The notes under the pieces: model-generated
What the model saw: only the letters and a program-made list of their open reading frames with translations
What the model was told of the DNA's origin: nothing
The model's database searches: none
From: a virus
Direction: 5' to 3' (one strand)
Virus record (IMG/VR): IMGVR_UViG_3300017963_000077
Length of the DNA: 50,736 bases
Position numbers and translations under genes: made by a program
Shown: piece after piece, positions 33,149 through 43,028 of the stretch
Layout of the letters: each line of letters opens with the position of its first letter
Numbering within the stretch: the first letter of the stretch is position 1

Positions 33149-33487
33149 ATGAAAAAACTAATGTTAAAAATAACAGGGCCAGGATTTGGTTCTGATCCTG
33201 TTAATGTATATATTAAACTCGACGTGTCAAATCCAATGTGGAATAAAGCTGTAAAAGAAGGCAAAACAATAACGGCCGAGGTACCAGATTCAGCTTTGTG
33301 GCGGGGCAGGGTGTCCGCTGACTATTGGCCTTTTGAATTTACCGAAAAAAAAGGCGACATTCACATTGACACTGTTGCCCTTGCCGAAGCAGAAATTGCA
33401 AAAGAAAACGAAATCGAAAAAGCAAACAAAAAAATTGATGAGAAAAAGGCAAAGGAGACTTTCAAGAATGAAGTTAAAAAGAATTAA
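33149..33487 (+). CDS. Hypothetical head-module protein with Lys/Glu-rich tail
   Basis: 112-aa ORF with SD AAGGGAA upstream. Confidence 0.5.
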   Translation: MKKLMLKITGPGFGSDPVNVYIKLDVSNPMWNKAVKEGKTITAEVPDSALWRGRVSADYWPFEFTEKKGDIHIDTVALAEAEIAKENEIEKANKKIDEKKAKETFKNEVKKN

Positions 33488-34430
33488 ATATATATTATTT
33501 GGGCTATTTCTTGCCGCTTCATTTTTGGTCTTAACAGGTCAAACAGCGGACCCAAATATCCCGGCTCATTGGTATGATAAAGTAATTAATTATATCAAAG
33601 ACGGTCAATTCACAATGACCTATAAAACTTTGACAACTCCGACAATAACAACTCCGACCATATCAGGTGGAACAATAACAGGAAATACAGCTTTTACAGG
33701 TTCACCGATTTTTAAAGAACTAAACTTAGGTCAGGGCTATATTGACTCAACTGGCCGCACCATGATAAAAGTTCAAAATAAATCTGGTAGTGCACTTGCC
33801 GAGGGAGATGTATGCGTATGGGATGCTTCCGCAATCACTGTATTTTCGCTTGATCCCGTTGGGGCTACTTTGTCACTGGACGACACTTTGGCACACGAAG
33901 GTGGATTTTTTGTTTTGTCAATGGATGTCGGCGTGAATGGTACACCGGATGCGGGCGACACTATTACAGTTATTGGAAAAAGTTATGAAGCTGCCGGGTT
34001 GGACACCGTAGGCTATTTGATGCCAGCGGCAAATTCAGAATCGGAAATCAAAGACGGAACAAGTCGAATTAGATGGTATGAAATAGACTCAATCACAATG
34101 AATACAGATGCTCAAACAGGTGCGGACTCAATTGCAATTTATGCAACACCAGTTATGGGCGTTGCGTTGTCTGGTGGTTCTGTGACAACTTTTGCGGGTG
34201 TTGCTACTGGAGCGATTGCTGATAACGCTTGGGGCTACATTTGCAACAAAGGAGTCACAAAAGTCGTGGTTGACGCTGCGAGCACCGATGCAGATCCAGG
34301 CGTTGCTGTAGATTGTGCCGCAAATGGCGACGGCGTGACAGCAGGCTCATGGACAGCCGGCCAAACTTTTGGGGTGGCATGTGAAATGAGTCAATCAGAT
34401 AACACCAAAATATTAGTTGATATAAGGTAG
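33468..34430 (+). CDS. Signal-peptide/TM-anchored Thr-rich protein with DUF2190-like C-terminus
   Basis: ATG at 33468 behind AAAGGAG. N-terminus is MKLKRIKYILFGLFLAASFLVLTGQ. Contains TLTTPTITTPTISGGTITGNT. The C-terminus is Gly/Val/Ala-rich beta. Confidence 0.5.
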   Translation: MKLKRIKYILFGLFLAASFLVLTGQTADPNIPAHWYDKVINYIKDGQFTMTYKTLTTPTITTPTISGGTITGNTAFTGSPIFKELNLGQGYIDSTGRTMIKVQNKSGSALAEGDVCVWDASAITVFSLDPVGATLSLDDTLAHEGGFFVLSMDVGVNGTPDAGDTITVIGKSYEAAGLDTVGYLMPAANSESEIKDGTSRIRWYEIDSITMNTDAQTGADSIAIYATPVMGVALSGGSVTTFAGVATGAIADNAWGYICNKGVTKVVVDAASTDADPGVAVDCAANGDGVTAGSWTAGQTFGVACEMSQSDNTKILVDIR

Positions 34431-34434
34431 CATA

Positions 34435-34899
34435 ATGGCCAACATTACAGGTGCACAAGTCAGAAATAGATTAAGAACTTTAACCAGTGTTGAAGTTTCA
34501 GATACTTTATTATCCGATGCGCTTTATTTAGACGCGAGTGATTCATGGATGAATTTAATTCTTGCAAATAATGGGGCGGGCTCTTATTCTGACTTAAGTG
34601 ACGATAAAAAAGCAATGTGTAAAGTCGCTCAATGCGCTTGGGTTTGTTTGCGAATAATTACATCGGCGCCAGTAGACAATGTCAACGCTGGCCCGATAAA
34701 AATAGCAGAAACTAATAAAGCTGAAATCATAAAAGCATTTACAAACGAAATAGAAGAGACGTTGGGGATGTTAGGTTATACTATTAATGGCGCATTCGTT
34801 ATGAGTTATGGAAGCGACGACTATGCACCTAACGGCACAGATTCGCGAAATATAAGCTTTACAGACCAAGAAAATGGAGATTTTTCCGTATGGCCGTAA
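34435..34899 (+). CDS. Head-tail connector candidate
   Basis: 154 aa. Position after the capsid block, plus a gp6-like N-terminal pattern. Confidence 0.35.
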   Translation: MANITGAQVRNRLRTLTSVEVSDTLLSDALYLDASDSWMNLILANNGAGSYSDLSDDKKAMCKVAQCAWVCLRIITSAPVDNVNAGPIKIAETNKAEIIKAFTNEIEETLGMLGYTINGAFVMSYGSDDYAPNGTDSRNISFTDQENGDFSVWP

Positions 34900-35381
34900 T
34901 GCTGAATACAAGATTATTAAACGCTATTATTCGATATGGTAATACGGCTACTTTGGTATATTATACGGGCGACCAGTGTCCTTGTATGATTTCAAGAGAT
35001 TCTGGGCGCCCACAATATTCCGCAGAATGGCACGAAAACAATCCAGCTCCCGATAATGAAAATTGTTTAAAAACAGGACTAATAAATAAAACAGCATATA
35101 ATTTAACATGTTTGGGTTTTATTTATCTCGTTGATTTTAAAGAAGATTCAAGAGCAGTCAATAAATATGAATTTAAAGAAATTGGACTGTTTGAAGATTG
35201 TGACCTCGTAGCCATTGGGTTGGTTAATTCATCAACAAACGCATTTGTTGACGTGTCTGGATTAGACAGACAAACAAGTGTTTTAACTTATAAAAATATT
35301 GCATACAATATATACAAAGTTCAAAGCATTTATATTAATGATTATGAAGCACAAATAGCAGGCTTTAAAAGGAAAAATTAA
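34890..35381 (+). CDS. Head-tail joining protein candidate
   Basis: 163-aa ORF, translationally coupled on both sides. Confidence 0.35.
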   Translation: MAVMLNTRLLNAIIRYGNTATLVYYTGDQCPCMISRDSGRPQYSAEWHENNPAPDNENCLKTGLINKTAYNLTCLGFIYLVDFKEDSRAVNKYEFKEIGLFEDCDLVAIGLVNSSTNAFVDVSGLDRQTSVLTYKNIAYNIYKVQSIYINDYEAQIAGFKRKN

Positions 35382-35812
35382 TGAGTGATGTTTATCTTGA
35401 TGCCACAAAATTTATTAAAAAACTTAAAAAGATCAAATCTGAATTGCCAGTTTTTTTACATGAACAACTTAACGAAAGTAGAGATATTGTTTTTCGGGAA
35501 GTGATGAACAATCTTTCAGGGCCAGCAATTGGTATGAAACCAAGTCCCGGAGCGCCCGGTATTGGCGAAATGCCAGTGCCAAGAAGATCAGGAAATTTGG
35601 CAAGATCACTTAAAAGCACGCCGGCAAATGACTTTAAAGTTTTTATATTTTGTGATGAAGATATAGCGGAAGATTATCCTCAGCATGTTCATGATGGTAC
35701 AAAAAACATTCCGGCGCGTCCTTTTTTAAAAGAGCCTTTTGTATTAAACGAAAAGAAAATCATTAACAAGATTAATTCACAAGTAAATATATTTTTAAGG
35801 CATAAAACTTGA
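35381..35812 (+). CDS. HK97 gp10-like head-tail adaptor/tail component
   Basis: RSGNLARSL and YPQHVHDGTKNIPARPFLKEPF match the gp10-family motifs (YA..VE.GT....A.PFL). Confidence 0.55.
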   Translation: MSDVYLDATKFIKKLKKIKSELPVFLHEQLNESRDIVFREVMNNLSGPAIGMKPSPGAPGIGEMPVPRRSGNLARSLKSTPANDFKVFIFCDEDIAEDYPQHVHDGTKNIPARPFLKEPFVLNEKKIINKINSQVNIFLRHKT

Positions 35813-36315
35813 GTGCTATATTAAGGGACAATTATTTAATTGACGATGTTCAAAGTGTGTTTCTTGCTTTATTTAATCAATACGCAAGCGATACAACGCC
35901 TTTTACAAGGTGGGATATTGTCAGAGGATTCCCCAATTCATCTATTTTTGATGAAAAAGGGACAGCATTAATTTATATTACAAAGCCTTTGATCGTAGAA
36001 ATTCAAAAAGTTCAAGGGCAAAATAAACCAAATTATGTCCTTGATTTAAGTTTTGGCATTTGGGTGGACTCAAAAGAAGGCGGCGAAGAAGAGCAGGCGA
36101 TTATGATTTCACAATTAACCGCAAAATTTGCCACACCCAACACTATATATAAGAAAACTTTCAACGTTACACTTGGAGCGGTTACATCTTCCAATAAAAC
36201 GTTGTTAAATTGCGGGATTAAAATATTGGGAATCACTGGTTCGAGGACTATTGAAACAACGAATCCCTATAATGAATTTCGTTCTATAATCGATATAAGA
36301 ATTAAAACATTTTAA
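35809..36315 (+). CDS. Tail completion/terminator candidate (TTG start)
   Basis: 168-aa ORF between the gp10-like gene and the tube gene. Confidence 0.35.
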   Translation: MSAILRDNYLIDDVQSVFLALFNQYASDTTPFTRWDIVRGFPNSSIFDEKGTALIYITKPLIVEIQKVQGQNKPNYVLDLSFGIWVDSKEGGEEEQAIMISQLTAKFATPNTIYKKTFNVTLGAVTSSNKTLLNCGIKILGITGSRTIETTNPYNEFRSIIDIRIKTF

Positions 36316-36327
36316 GAGGAAAATAAA

Positions 36328-37116
36328 ATGGCCGCAGTAACAGATCAGTTAGGCGCATTAAACTCCGATTATGAAGTTGATGGCTTATATACCTTGCCCC
36401 GCTTTTTTAGACATGCGGCGGCGGTAGCAACAGACATACAACCGATAAATATTGCTGGAGTTCAAGAAGTCACTGCCGAAGGTTATTCTTGGGGAATTGA
36501 ACGAGACAGCTTTCAGCAGGGCGGCGGCGCCGTTCCGAGAACTACAAAAAGGAATCCGAAATATAGTTTAAATATTAGCATAAAAGGTGGATATGTAGGG
36601 ACATTTTTAACAAATATGTTAGGCCAAAGTTGGTCAACATATTTTGCCGTTCCCTTGCGATTCCCTATTACTGCATTAATAACCTTGGAATTGGTTGTTA
36701 GAAAAGCAGACAACGAAAGTCACTTATATTCTAAATGTTATCAAGATTTGATATTACAGGAGTTTAATGTTGGCTCACCAATGGAAGACGAAATCGTAAC
36801 GATTCCGTTTATGTCATATCACGACCCATTTATATTGAATTCTGGGTATCACTTAGTTTATGATAAATTTAGTGGTGATGGTTCCACAACCGATTTTTCT
36901 TTGACGGGCACGCCAGTCGCACTCGTGGACACTAATGAATTGGCAAAGGAAGACTGGGAACTTGATGACATGGTTTTCGTCAAGACCAAACTTTCAACTG
37001 ATGACGAAGGAACAAGGCAGCGTACGGGCATTTCTCAATCAAGTGGAACTTTAACTTATACGACAGCACCGGCATCAGGTTCTGAAGTTGAGGCGTTGTG
37101 GGCAGAAGCAAATTAA
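36328..37116 (+). CDS. Major tail (tube) protein candidate
   Basis: 262 aa, strong SD (AGAGGAAAATAAAATG), upstream of the chaperone/tape-measure block. Confidence 0.5.
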   Translation: MAAVTDQLGALNSDYEVDGLYTLPRFFRHAAAVATDIQPINIAGVQEVTAEGYSWGIERDSFQQGGGAVPRTTKRNPKYSLNISIKGGYVGTFLTNMLGQSWSTYFAVPLRFPITALITLELVVRKADNESHLYSKCYQDLILQEFNVGSPMEDEIVTIPFMSYHDPFILNSGYHLVYDKFSGDGSTTDFSLTGTPVALVDTNELAKEDWELDDMVFVKTKLSTDDEGTRQRTGISQSSGTLTYTTAPASGSEVEALWAEAN

Positions 37117-37129
37117 CCGAGGTTAATAT

Positions 37130-37393
37130 ATGACAGCACAAATTTATAGAACAACAGATTTATATCGGGCAACAGCAATTATAATCAAAACAGGAAAACA
37201 CCCAGACCGATTTGAGAAAATTGTGTTTTCTGAAAATTATAAACCTAAAATTGAATTAATATGGGAAAATCTGGACATAGATATAATTAACAAGTTGGAA
37301 CGCAGAGAGCTGATTGTGGAGCCAATACAGTTCGGTTCAATTCACGCTCCATTAAAAGGTAAAATTTTAGAAATGGCAAAAGAGGGAATATAA
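37130..37393 (+). CDS. Hypothetical protein
   Basis: 87-aa ORF with SD GAGG upstream. Confidence 0.45.
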   Translation: MTAQIYRTTDLYRATAIIIKTGKHPDRFEKIVFSENYKPKIELIWENLDIDIINKLERRELIVEPIQFGSIHAPLKGKILEMAKEGI

Positions 37394-37394
37394 T

Positions 37395-37913
37395 ATGACT
37401 GATATTAATATTTTACAAAAACTTAAAAATGCAGATAAATATAGAGTTGAAACTTTAACTTTTGACATTCCGCTTGATGGGAATGACGTTATCACAGTAA
37501 TGCTTAAAATGCCAGATTTATATGAAATAATGGCCGAAACGGATGCAATAAAGCAGGAAGTCATAGCTGAGGAAACGGCTCGTGGAAAGCATCAGATTCC
37601 TTTTTCTGCCGAGCAGTGGAAAGCAGAAACAAAGGATATGACTCCAGCGCAAAGAAAAAACATTGAGAAAGATAGGCCGCTAAATATGGCAGAATATAAA
37701 GCATATAAAACAGTTCAATATAAATCAATCTTAGAAATTATACCAAGATATCTGCGAAACAATAGCGGGAAATTGATTTTTCAAACAAATGAACAGCGAG
37801 AGGAATTCAAGGAGCTTGTTTCTGCAAATCCAGACCTTTTTGTGTTACTGGCTAATAAATATGTTGAATTGTTCGGAAAATTAAATGATAAACAAAAACA
37901 ACTAAAAAACTAA
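37395..37913 (+). CDS. Tail assembly chaperone (G-like, zero-frame product)
   Basis: 172 aa, immediately upstream of the tape measure. Ends in the slippery heptamer A_AAA_AAC. Confidence 0.6.
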   Translation: MTDINILQKLKNADKYRVETLTFDIPLDGNDVITVMLKMPDLYEIMAETDAIKQEVIAEETARGKHQIPFSAEQWKAETKDMTPAQRKNIEKDRPLNMAEYKAYKTVQYKSILEIIPRYLRNNSGKLIFQTNEQREEFKELVSANPDLFVLLANKYVELFGKLNDKQKQLKN

Positions 37914-38197
37914 TAAGGCAAGGAGAACCGCCCGAATTTATGTTAAGGGTTCTTCTTGCCCGTATATTTCCCGGATACAGAGGGCCGTTTTGTAAACATT
38001 TAATTAAGGATTTGAAAAATGGTTATAGGCGACAATTTTTAATTGCGAGCTTAGAGATCGACACAGAAACCAAAACATTAATGAGGATATTTGATGTTTT
38101 CCTACAAATGTTTCAAAAATCTAAGGGGGTTAAGCGGCCCACAAAATTATTCCAAGAAAAAAAGAAAACAGATCACTTTTATTGGGACGGTGAATAA
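37395..38197 (+). CDS. Tail assembly chaperone -1 frameshift fusion product (GT-like)
   Basis: The -1 frame is open from 37892 to 38197. Slip at 37904-37910. The downstream ORF stops exactly where the tape-measure ATG begins. Confidence 0.55.
37904..37960 (+). promoter_or_regulatory. Programmed -1 ribosomal frameshift signal (slippery heptamer + stem-loop)
   Basis: A_AAA_AAC at 37904-37910, a 6-nt spacer, then a 13-bp stem GGCAAGGAGAACC (37917-37929) / GGTTCTTCTTGCC (37948-37960) with one G-U pair. Confidence 0.6.
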
Positions 38198-41100
38198 TGG
38201 CCGTTAATATCCCCGGTGGAGCTACTGCCAACATTGTTGGCGTTATTGGTTTAAAAGGGTTAAGCTCTTTCAATCAAGGCTTAGATCAAGCAGGTTCAAA
38301 AGCCACAAAGATTGGTTCAGTACTAAAAGCTGGCTTAGCTGTTGGAATTGCAGCTGCGGGAGCAGCGTTTGGGCACGCTGTTAAAGAAGCAGCGGGATTT
38401 GAAACAAAAATGTTGAGTATTGGGACACTTTTGGGCAAGGGCAGTGAAGCACAAAAGGCCATTGTTGAAATGGAATCTGGAATAAAAGCTCTCGCGAAAA
38501 CAATGCCAACTGGAGCCGGCGAGTTGGCCGACGCAATGTATAATATCGTATCGGCAACAGTGCCGGCCGCCGACGCTATGAAAGTTTTAGAAATATCCGC
38601 AAAAACAGCGACCGCAGGATTAAGCGACTCCAAAAGTTCATTTGATCTTATTTCTGCGGCAATAAAAGGATATGGAAAAGATTGGTCTGAGGCTGGAAAA
38701 GTTTCGGATATTTTCTTTAATGTTGTTAAACAGGGTGTTACTACAATTCCAGAACTGGCAAGTTCACTACAAAAAGTGATTCCAGTTGCGGCTAATCTGG
38801 GAATATCGCTCGAAAACCTTGGGGGGTTAACTTCCACGTTAACCGGTGTAACAGGCAACACAGCAGAAGTAACAACACAATTAACAAGTGTTATGTCAGG
38901 ATTAATGAAGCCAACTGGAGAGCTAGAAAAAGCTTTTGAGAGGCTTGGTGTTAAAAGCGGGAAGCAATTAATAAAAACTTCTGGCGGCTTAGTTGGCGCA
39001 TTAAATAAACTAAAAAAATACACTGGCGATTATGATATTGCAATAACTAAACTTTTAGGAAGGAAAGAATCTCAACTTGCATATATGGCGTTAACTGGCG
39101 CTCAGGCTGACGATTATGTTAAAAAAGTTCAATCAATGTATGAAGCGACTGGCAGCATGCAAGACGCTTTTGATATACAAATGTCCGGTTTTACGAATCA
39201 AATGAAATCTTTTAAAAATTCCATTAATGTTACAAGCATTGAAATAGGACAAAAATTAATGCCCTATTTAAAAGCTTTTGCTGGATGGTTGAATAAAAAT
39301 AGCGGGACGATAAGTAATGTAATAAAAGAATTTTTTGATTGGGGAATGATAGTTGGAAGCGTTTTAATTGATGCTTTTCTTTTATTGTGGGAATCTTTAA
39401 AGCCTACAGTCGATATAATCGCCAATGATTTAATAGATGCTGTTTCGGAACTCGTTGACTGGATTGATCAAAATTCAACAAGCATATCTACGACAATTTC
39501 ATGGCTTAGTAAATTTAACACATTACTCAATACATTTGTTATTGATGGAGTGAAAACTCTTGGAAAAGTTATAGCCGTAGTAGTTGAGAATGTTGAAAAA
39601 ATGGTGGGGTGGTTTAAAGATACTGCATCAGAAACTTTTAAAGACAATGTTGACAAACTTGGGAAATCGTTTGGAACTTCTAACAATGAAGGGTTGCGAT
39701 CTGCTGTGAATGCAGTAAACGACTCGTTATCTGGAAATGAAGGGTTAGAAGGTATAGCGGGTAAAGTTAAAAAAGCAATTGGCGACGATAATTCTGGCCT
39801 TGTAAAAGCAAATAAAGATGCCGCGGATAAAACTAAAACATTAAAAGAAAAAGCCGCAGATTTAATGGAGAAGTTAAAAGGAATTAAAAATGATGCTTTG
39901 GGTGCAAAAGATTCGCTTGGCAGTTCTGGTTCTGGACTTGCAAAGGCTTTAAGCGACAACTCAGATCAAGCAGTAAATATGAAAAATGCGGCAAATGACC
40001 TAAATAACACATTGTCACTTGATAACGGACTTGGTAAAGTCGTGACAGATTTACAAGGCGAAGCACGCATTCCCGGACTTGGTGAAGCGTTAGAAGGTGC
40101 GAAATCAAGTTCAGACGATTTAAAAGATTCTGTTTCAAATCTCACCGGAAGCGAATCGCTTGGAAAAGTTGATAGCGTTTCACAAGAAGCGAAATCTGGC
40201 CTTGAAAAGATTTCAGACGGCGCCGACGCTGGCACGATTTCAGTTAACGACATGTATAATATTTTGGGTGATATGATTAATCAAATGCCCGGGCTGTCTA
40301 CACAAGCAAAAACAATCGGAACAACATTGTTAGGCATGGTAACGTCTGGGTTTAATCCCGCCACCGTAGCAACTGGCGCATTGACTCTCGGTATGAGTTT
40401 GTTTAATCAAAAAGCTGAAAAAGTGCCACTTACAATTGATGATGTTAGAGATTCACTTGAGAAACAAGGTATTGCCATAAGAGATGCAGAGCAAGCGATT
40501 ACAGATATTGGCGACGAATTGACAGATAAATTAGCTCCTGCATTTGAAAATTTATTGGAAAAAATTCTTGCTATTCAAGAACACGGTTATATGTTTCACG
40601 AGCAAGACTTGGAAAATTATAAATCCGAACTTGAAGACCTTACCAAAATTGTTGCGGCTTTAGAATGGCCTCTCAGTTTTATGCAAGGATTTGATGAGAC
40701 TCACGATTTACTTTCAACCATAAATAATAAAACCGAAGAGTTTTTAAATAACTTTACTGGCCCGGCAGCTGACTTTGCTAAAGCTGGCTTTGGTGAAGGA
40801 ATCAGGAAATTTTTAAAAGATGCCAAATTACAGATATTGTCACTCAAAGAAGGTTCCGAAAGGTGGAAAGATTTAAATGATGAAATTATAAGAGCAGAAG
40901 GGTTGCTTGCGGTTCTTGAAGGCAAATATGAAAGTCTTGAAGATTACATGAAAGATCAGGGATATACTTTAGAAGATTTAACAGAAAAATGGGAAGATTA
41001 CTGGGATATGTTAGGGGGACAAAAAAGCCCGTTTAATGAATTTATTTCCGATGTTGATGACATGAAAAAAGCGTTGGGAAATTTTGAATTTTTCGGCGGC

Positions 41101-42645
41101 GATTTGGCTGAACTTGAAAAGAATTTCCAACCAATGATTCAAGGAATGTTAGATTATCTTAACACGCTTGATCCAAATTCAGAGGCTTATAAACAAGCAA
41201 AAGCAGCAATTCAAGAACTTATTACGAAAATGCAAGAGCTGAAAGATGACGCTCAGGGTGCAGCAGGCGAAAATGATGATGAAGGCGTGAAGGCACTTCA
41301 AAATCAATTAAAAATTCTTAAGCAAAATTTGGAAAACGCACAAACAGCGTATACAAACCTTGAAACAGAGCTTGAGAATAAATTAATGATACAAGCAGAA
41401 ATACAAGCTGAGCTTGACAAATTGGGGGATGAACGAGATCAACTTATAAATCAATTAAATGAAATGGAGGCAGAACATTTAAAAATTCAAGCAGAAATAA
41501 AGCTTGAGATGGATGAACTTACCGGCAAGCAAGGCGACTTGCAAGATTTAAAAGATTTTTTGATGACGGGGTGGACAAAAGGAGAAGCAGGTCTCACAGA
41601 TTATTTGCAAGCGGTAGCAGATTTATTGGGCACCGATATTGAAAGCGTTATGAAAACAGGCGGAATGGATTTTTATGCGCTTGATGAATTGTTGGAATCT
41701 TTAACAGGTAAAACTCAAACGTTTTCTTTTGAATGGGAGTCAATGATAAAGAAAATGACAGGTGACTTTTCACAGTTTGGAAAAGATATGGACACGGCAA
41801 CTCAGCTGTTGCAAGACATTCTTTTCTTTAACATCGACCTTGATTCCACTGATGCTGATGAAGCTATTAATGCTTTAATTTTTAAAATGGAAGATTATTT
41901 AGCAACACTTGATCCAGATTCAGATGCTTACAAAGAATTTAAAAATCAACTTGATGACTTGAAACAAAAGTTTTTAGATGCGGGCGGTGCTCTTGATTTT
42001 GATAAAGCATTAAAATTCAAAGGTAAAGAAGCGGAAGATGGCATTGGTGAAATCGACGGAATGTTGAAAAAACTTCAGGACAAATATGATCAAAATGAAT
42101 TAAAATTTATTGCAAATACTAAAGACATACATAACAAGTTAAAACTCATTGAAATGGAGATTAATAAACTCCAAGATAAAAAAATCAAAATTGATGCAGA
42201 TATCAAAGAAGCACAAGAAAAATTAAAAGCTTTAGCAAAGTTAATTGCAAAGTTAAAAGGCAACATTGGCGATATTGGCGGAACTTTAGGTAAGGTCGGT
42301 AGTGGTGTTGGGAAAATGGCTGCATATCATACCGGGGCGGTTGTCACAGCTCACACTGGCCTACTGACCAATGAAGAAGTAATGATAAAAGCTTTAAAAA
42401 ATGAAGTTATATTACCAAGGCGAGCGACTGATAAATTTGGCCGTCAAGCAATGGGAAATTTTATTCAAACACTTAATCCAAATGATCTTAAATCACCCGA
42501 AGAGCAACAAACAACAAACGTTAACATTGTAGTACATGAAGCAAATCCAGACACGTGGGTTGAAATCGTAGATAGCAAGATTTTTCCATTAATCCAAGAA
42601 AAACAAAGACACTATCAACCAACAGAGGACAAATATAAAAAATAA
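38197..42645 (+). CDS. Tail tape measure protein
   Basis: 1482 aa. N-terminal TP901-type TMP motifs (GELADAMYNIVSA...AKTATAGLSD), TM-like segments and long coiled coils. Confidence 0.9.
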   Translation: MAVNIPGGATANIVGVIGLKGLSSFNQGLDQAGSKATKIGSVLKAGLAVGIAAAGAAFGHAVKEAAGFETKMLSIGTLLGKGSEAQKAIVEMESGIKALAKTMPTGAGELADAMYNIVSATVPAADAMKVLEISAKTATAGLSDSKSSFDLISAAIKGYGKDWSEAGKVSDIFFNVVKQGVTTIPELASSLQKVIPVAANLGISLENLGGLTSTLTGVTGNTAEVTTQLTSVMSGLMKPTGELEKAFERLGVKSGKQLIKTSGGLVGALNKLKKYTGDYDIAITKLLGRKESQLAYMALTGAQADDYVKKVQSMYEATGSMQDAFDIQMSGFTNQMKSFKNSINVTSIEIGQKLMPYLKAFAGWLNKNSGTISNVIKEFFDWGMIVGSVLIDAFLLLWESLKPTVDIIANDLIDAVSELVDWIDQNSTSISTTISWLSKFNTLLNTFVIDGVKTLGKVIAVVVENVEKMVGWFKDTASETFKDNVDKLGKSFGTSNNEGLRSAVNAVNDSLSGNEGLEGIAGKVKKAIGDDNSGLVKANKDAADKTKTLKEKAADLMEKLKGIKNDALGAKDSLGSSGSGLAKALSDNSDQAVNMKNAANDLNNTLSLDNGLGKVVTDLQGEARIPGLGEALEGAKSSSDDLKDSVSNLTGSESLGKVDSVSQEAKSGLEKISDGADAGTISVNDMYNILGDMINQMPGLSTQAKTIGTTLLGMVTSGFNPATVATGALTLGMSLFNQKAEKVPLTIDDVRDSLEKQGIAIRDAEQAITDIGDELTDKLAPAFENLLEKILAIQEHGYMFHEQDLENYKSELEDLTKIVAALEWPLSFMQGFDETHDLLSTINNKTEEFLNNFTGPAADFAKAGFGEGIRKFLKDAKLQILSLKEGSERWKDLNDEIIRAEGLLAVLEGKYESLEDYMKDQGYTLEDLTEKWEDYWDMLGGQKSPFNEFISDVDDMKKALGNFEFFGGDLAELEKNFQPMIQGMLDYLNTLDPNSEAYKQAKAAIQELITKMQELKDDAQGAAGENDDEGVKALQNQLKILKQNLENAQTAYTNLETELENKLMIQAEIQAELDKLGDERDQLINQLNEMEAEHLKIQAEIKLEMDELTGKQGDLQDLKDFLMTGWTKGEAGLTDYLQAVADLLGTDIESVMKTGGMDFYALDELLESLTGKTQTFSFEWESMIKKMTGDFSQFGKDMDTATQLLQDILFFNIDLDSTDADEAINALIFKMEDYLATLDPDSDAYKEFKNQLDDLKQKFLDAGGALDFDKALKFKGKEAEDGIGEIDGMLKKLQDKYDQNELKFIANTKDIHNKLKLIEMEINKLQDKKIKIDADIKEAQEKLKALAKLIAKLKGNIGDIGGTLGKVGSGVGKMAAYHTGAVVTAHTGLLTNEEVMIKALKNEVILPRRATDKFGRQAMGNFIQTLNPNDLKSPEEQQTTNVNIVVHEANPDTWVEIVDSKIFPLIQEKQRHYQPTEDKYKK

Positions 42646-43028
42646 TGGCTAATGCTATAAGTGCAAAATTTACTTTAAATTCTGGTGATGTTGAATTTTA
42701 TGACAATGAATTAACAGATGTTAAAAAAACACCCGTTCAAGAAATGGAAATATATTTTAGTTCATCTGGGAAGCCCGTATTAAAAGAAATTGGTTCAGAG
42801 TGGGAGCAATATGAAGCAACGATTGAAGAATCTTATTCAGATACGTTAGCAAAAATAGAACAATTGTTTGATGAAAAAGCATTGATTACATTTTATTATA
42901 AATATCAACATGACAGCTCAGCAAATGTTACAGTTTTTTTAATACCCAAAAAACAAACTAAAATATTGTATTTTGGACAACAAGGTGCGAGAATTATTCA
43001 CACATTAACTTTTTTAAAGAGTTCATAG
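42645..43028 (+). CDS. Small distal tail protein candidate
   Basis: 127 aa, with an ATGA-type overlap with the TMP stop. Confidence 0.35.
   Translation: MANAISAKFTLNSGDVEFYDNELTDVKKTPVQEMEIYFSSSGKPVLKEIGSEWEQYEATIEESYSDTLAKIEQLFDEKALITFYYKYQHDSSANVTVFLIPKKQTKILYFGQQGARIIHTLTFLKSS

Noticed and set aside
33333-33467. The long 365-aa version of the 33333..34430 ORF.
   Set aside because: The upstream 45 codons overlap the 33149..33487 gene in another frame and are Lys/Arg/Thr-rich, which fits an off-frame reading. The ATG at 33468 has a good SD and starts a clean signal-peptide-like N-terminus.
38286-40925. Several long antisense ORFs (up to 245 aa) inside the tape-measure gene.
   Set aside because: They are typical shadow ORFs opposite an Ala/Gly/Lys-rich coding strand. 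They have no SDs, and the + strand ORF is continuous for 1482 codons with recognisable TMP motifs.
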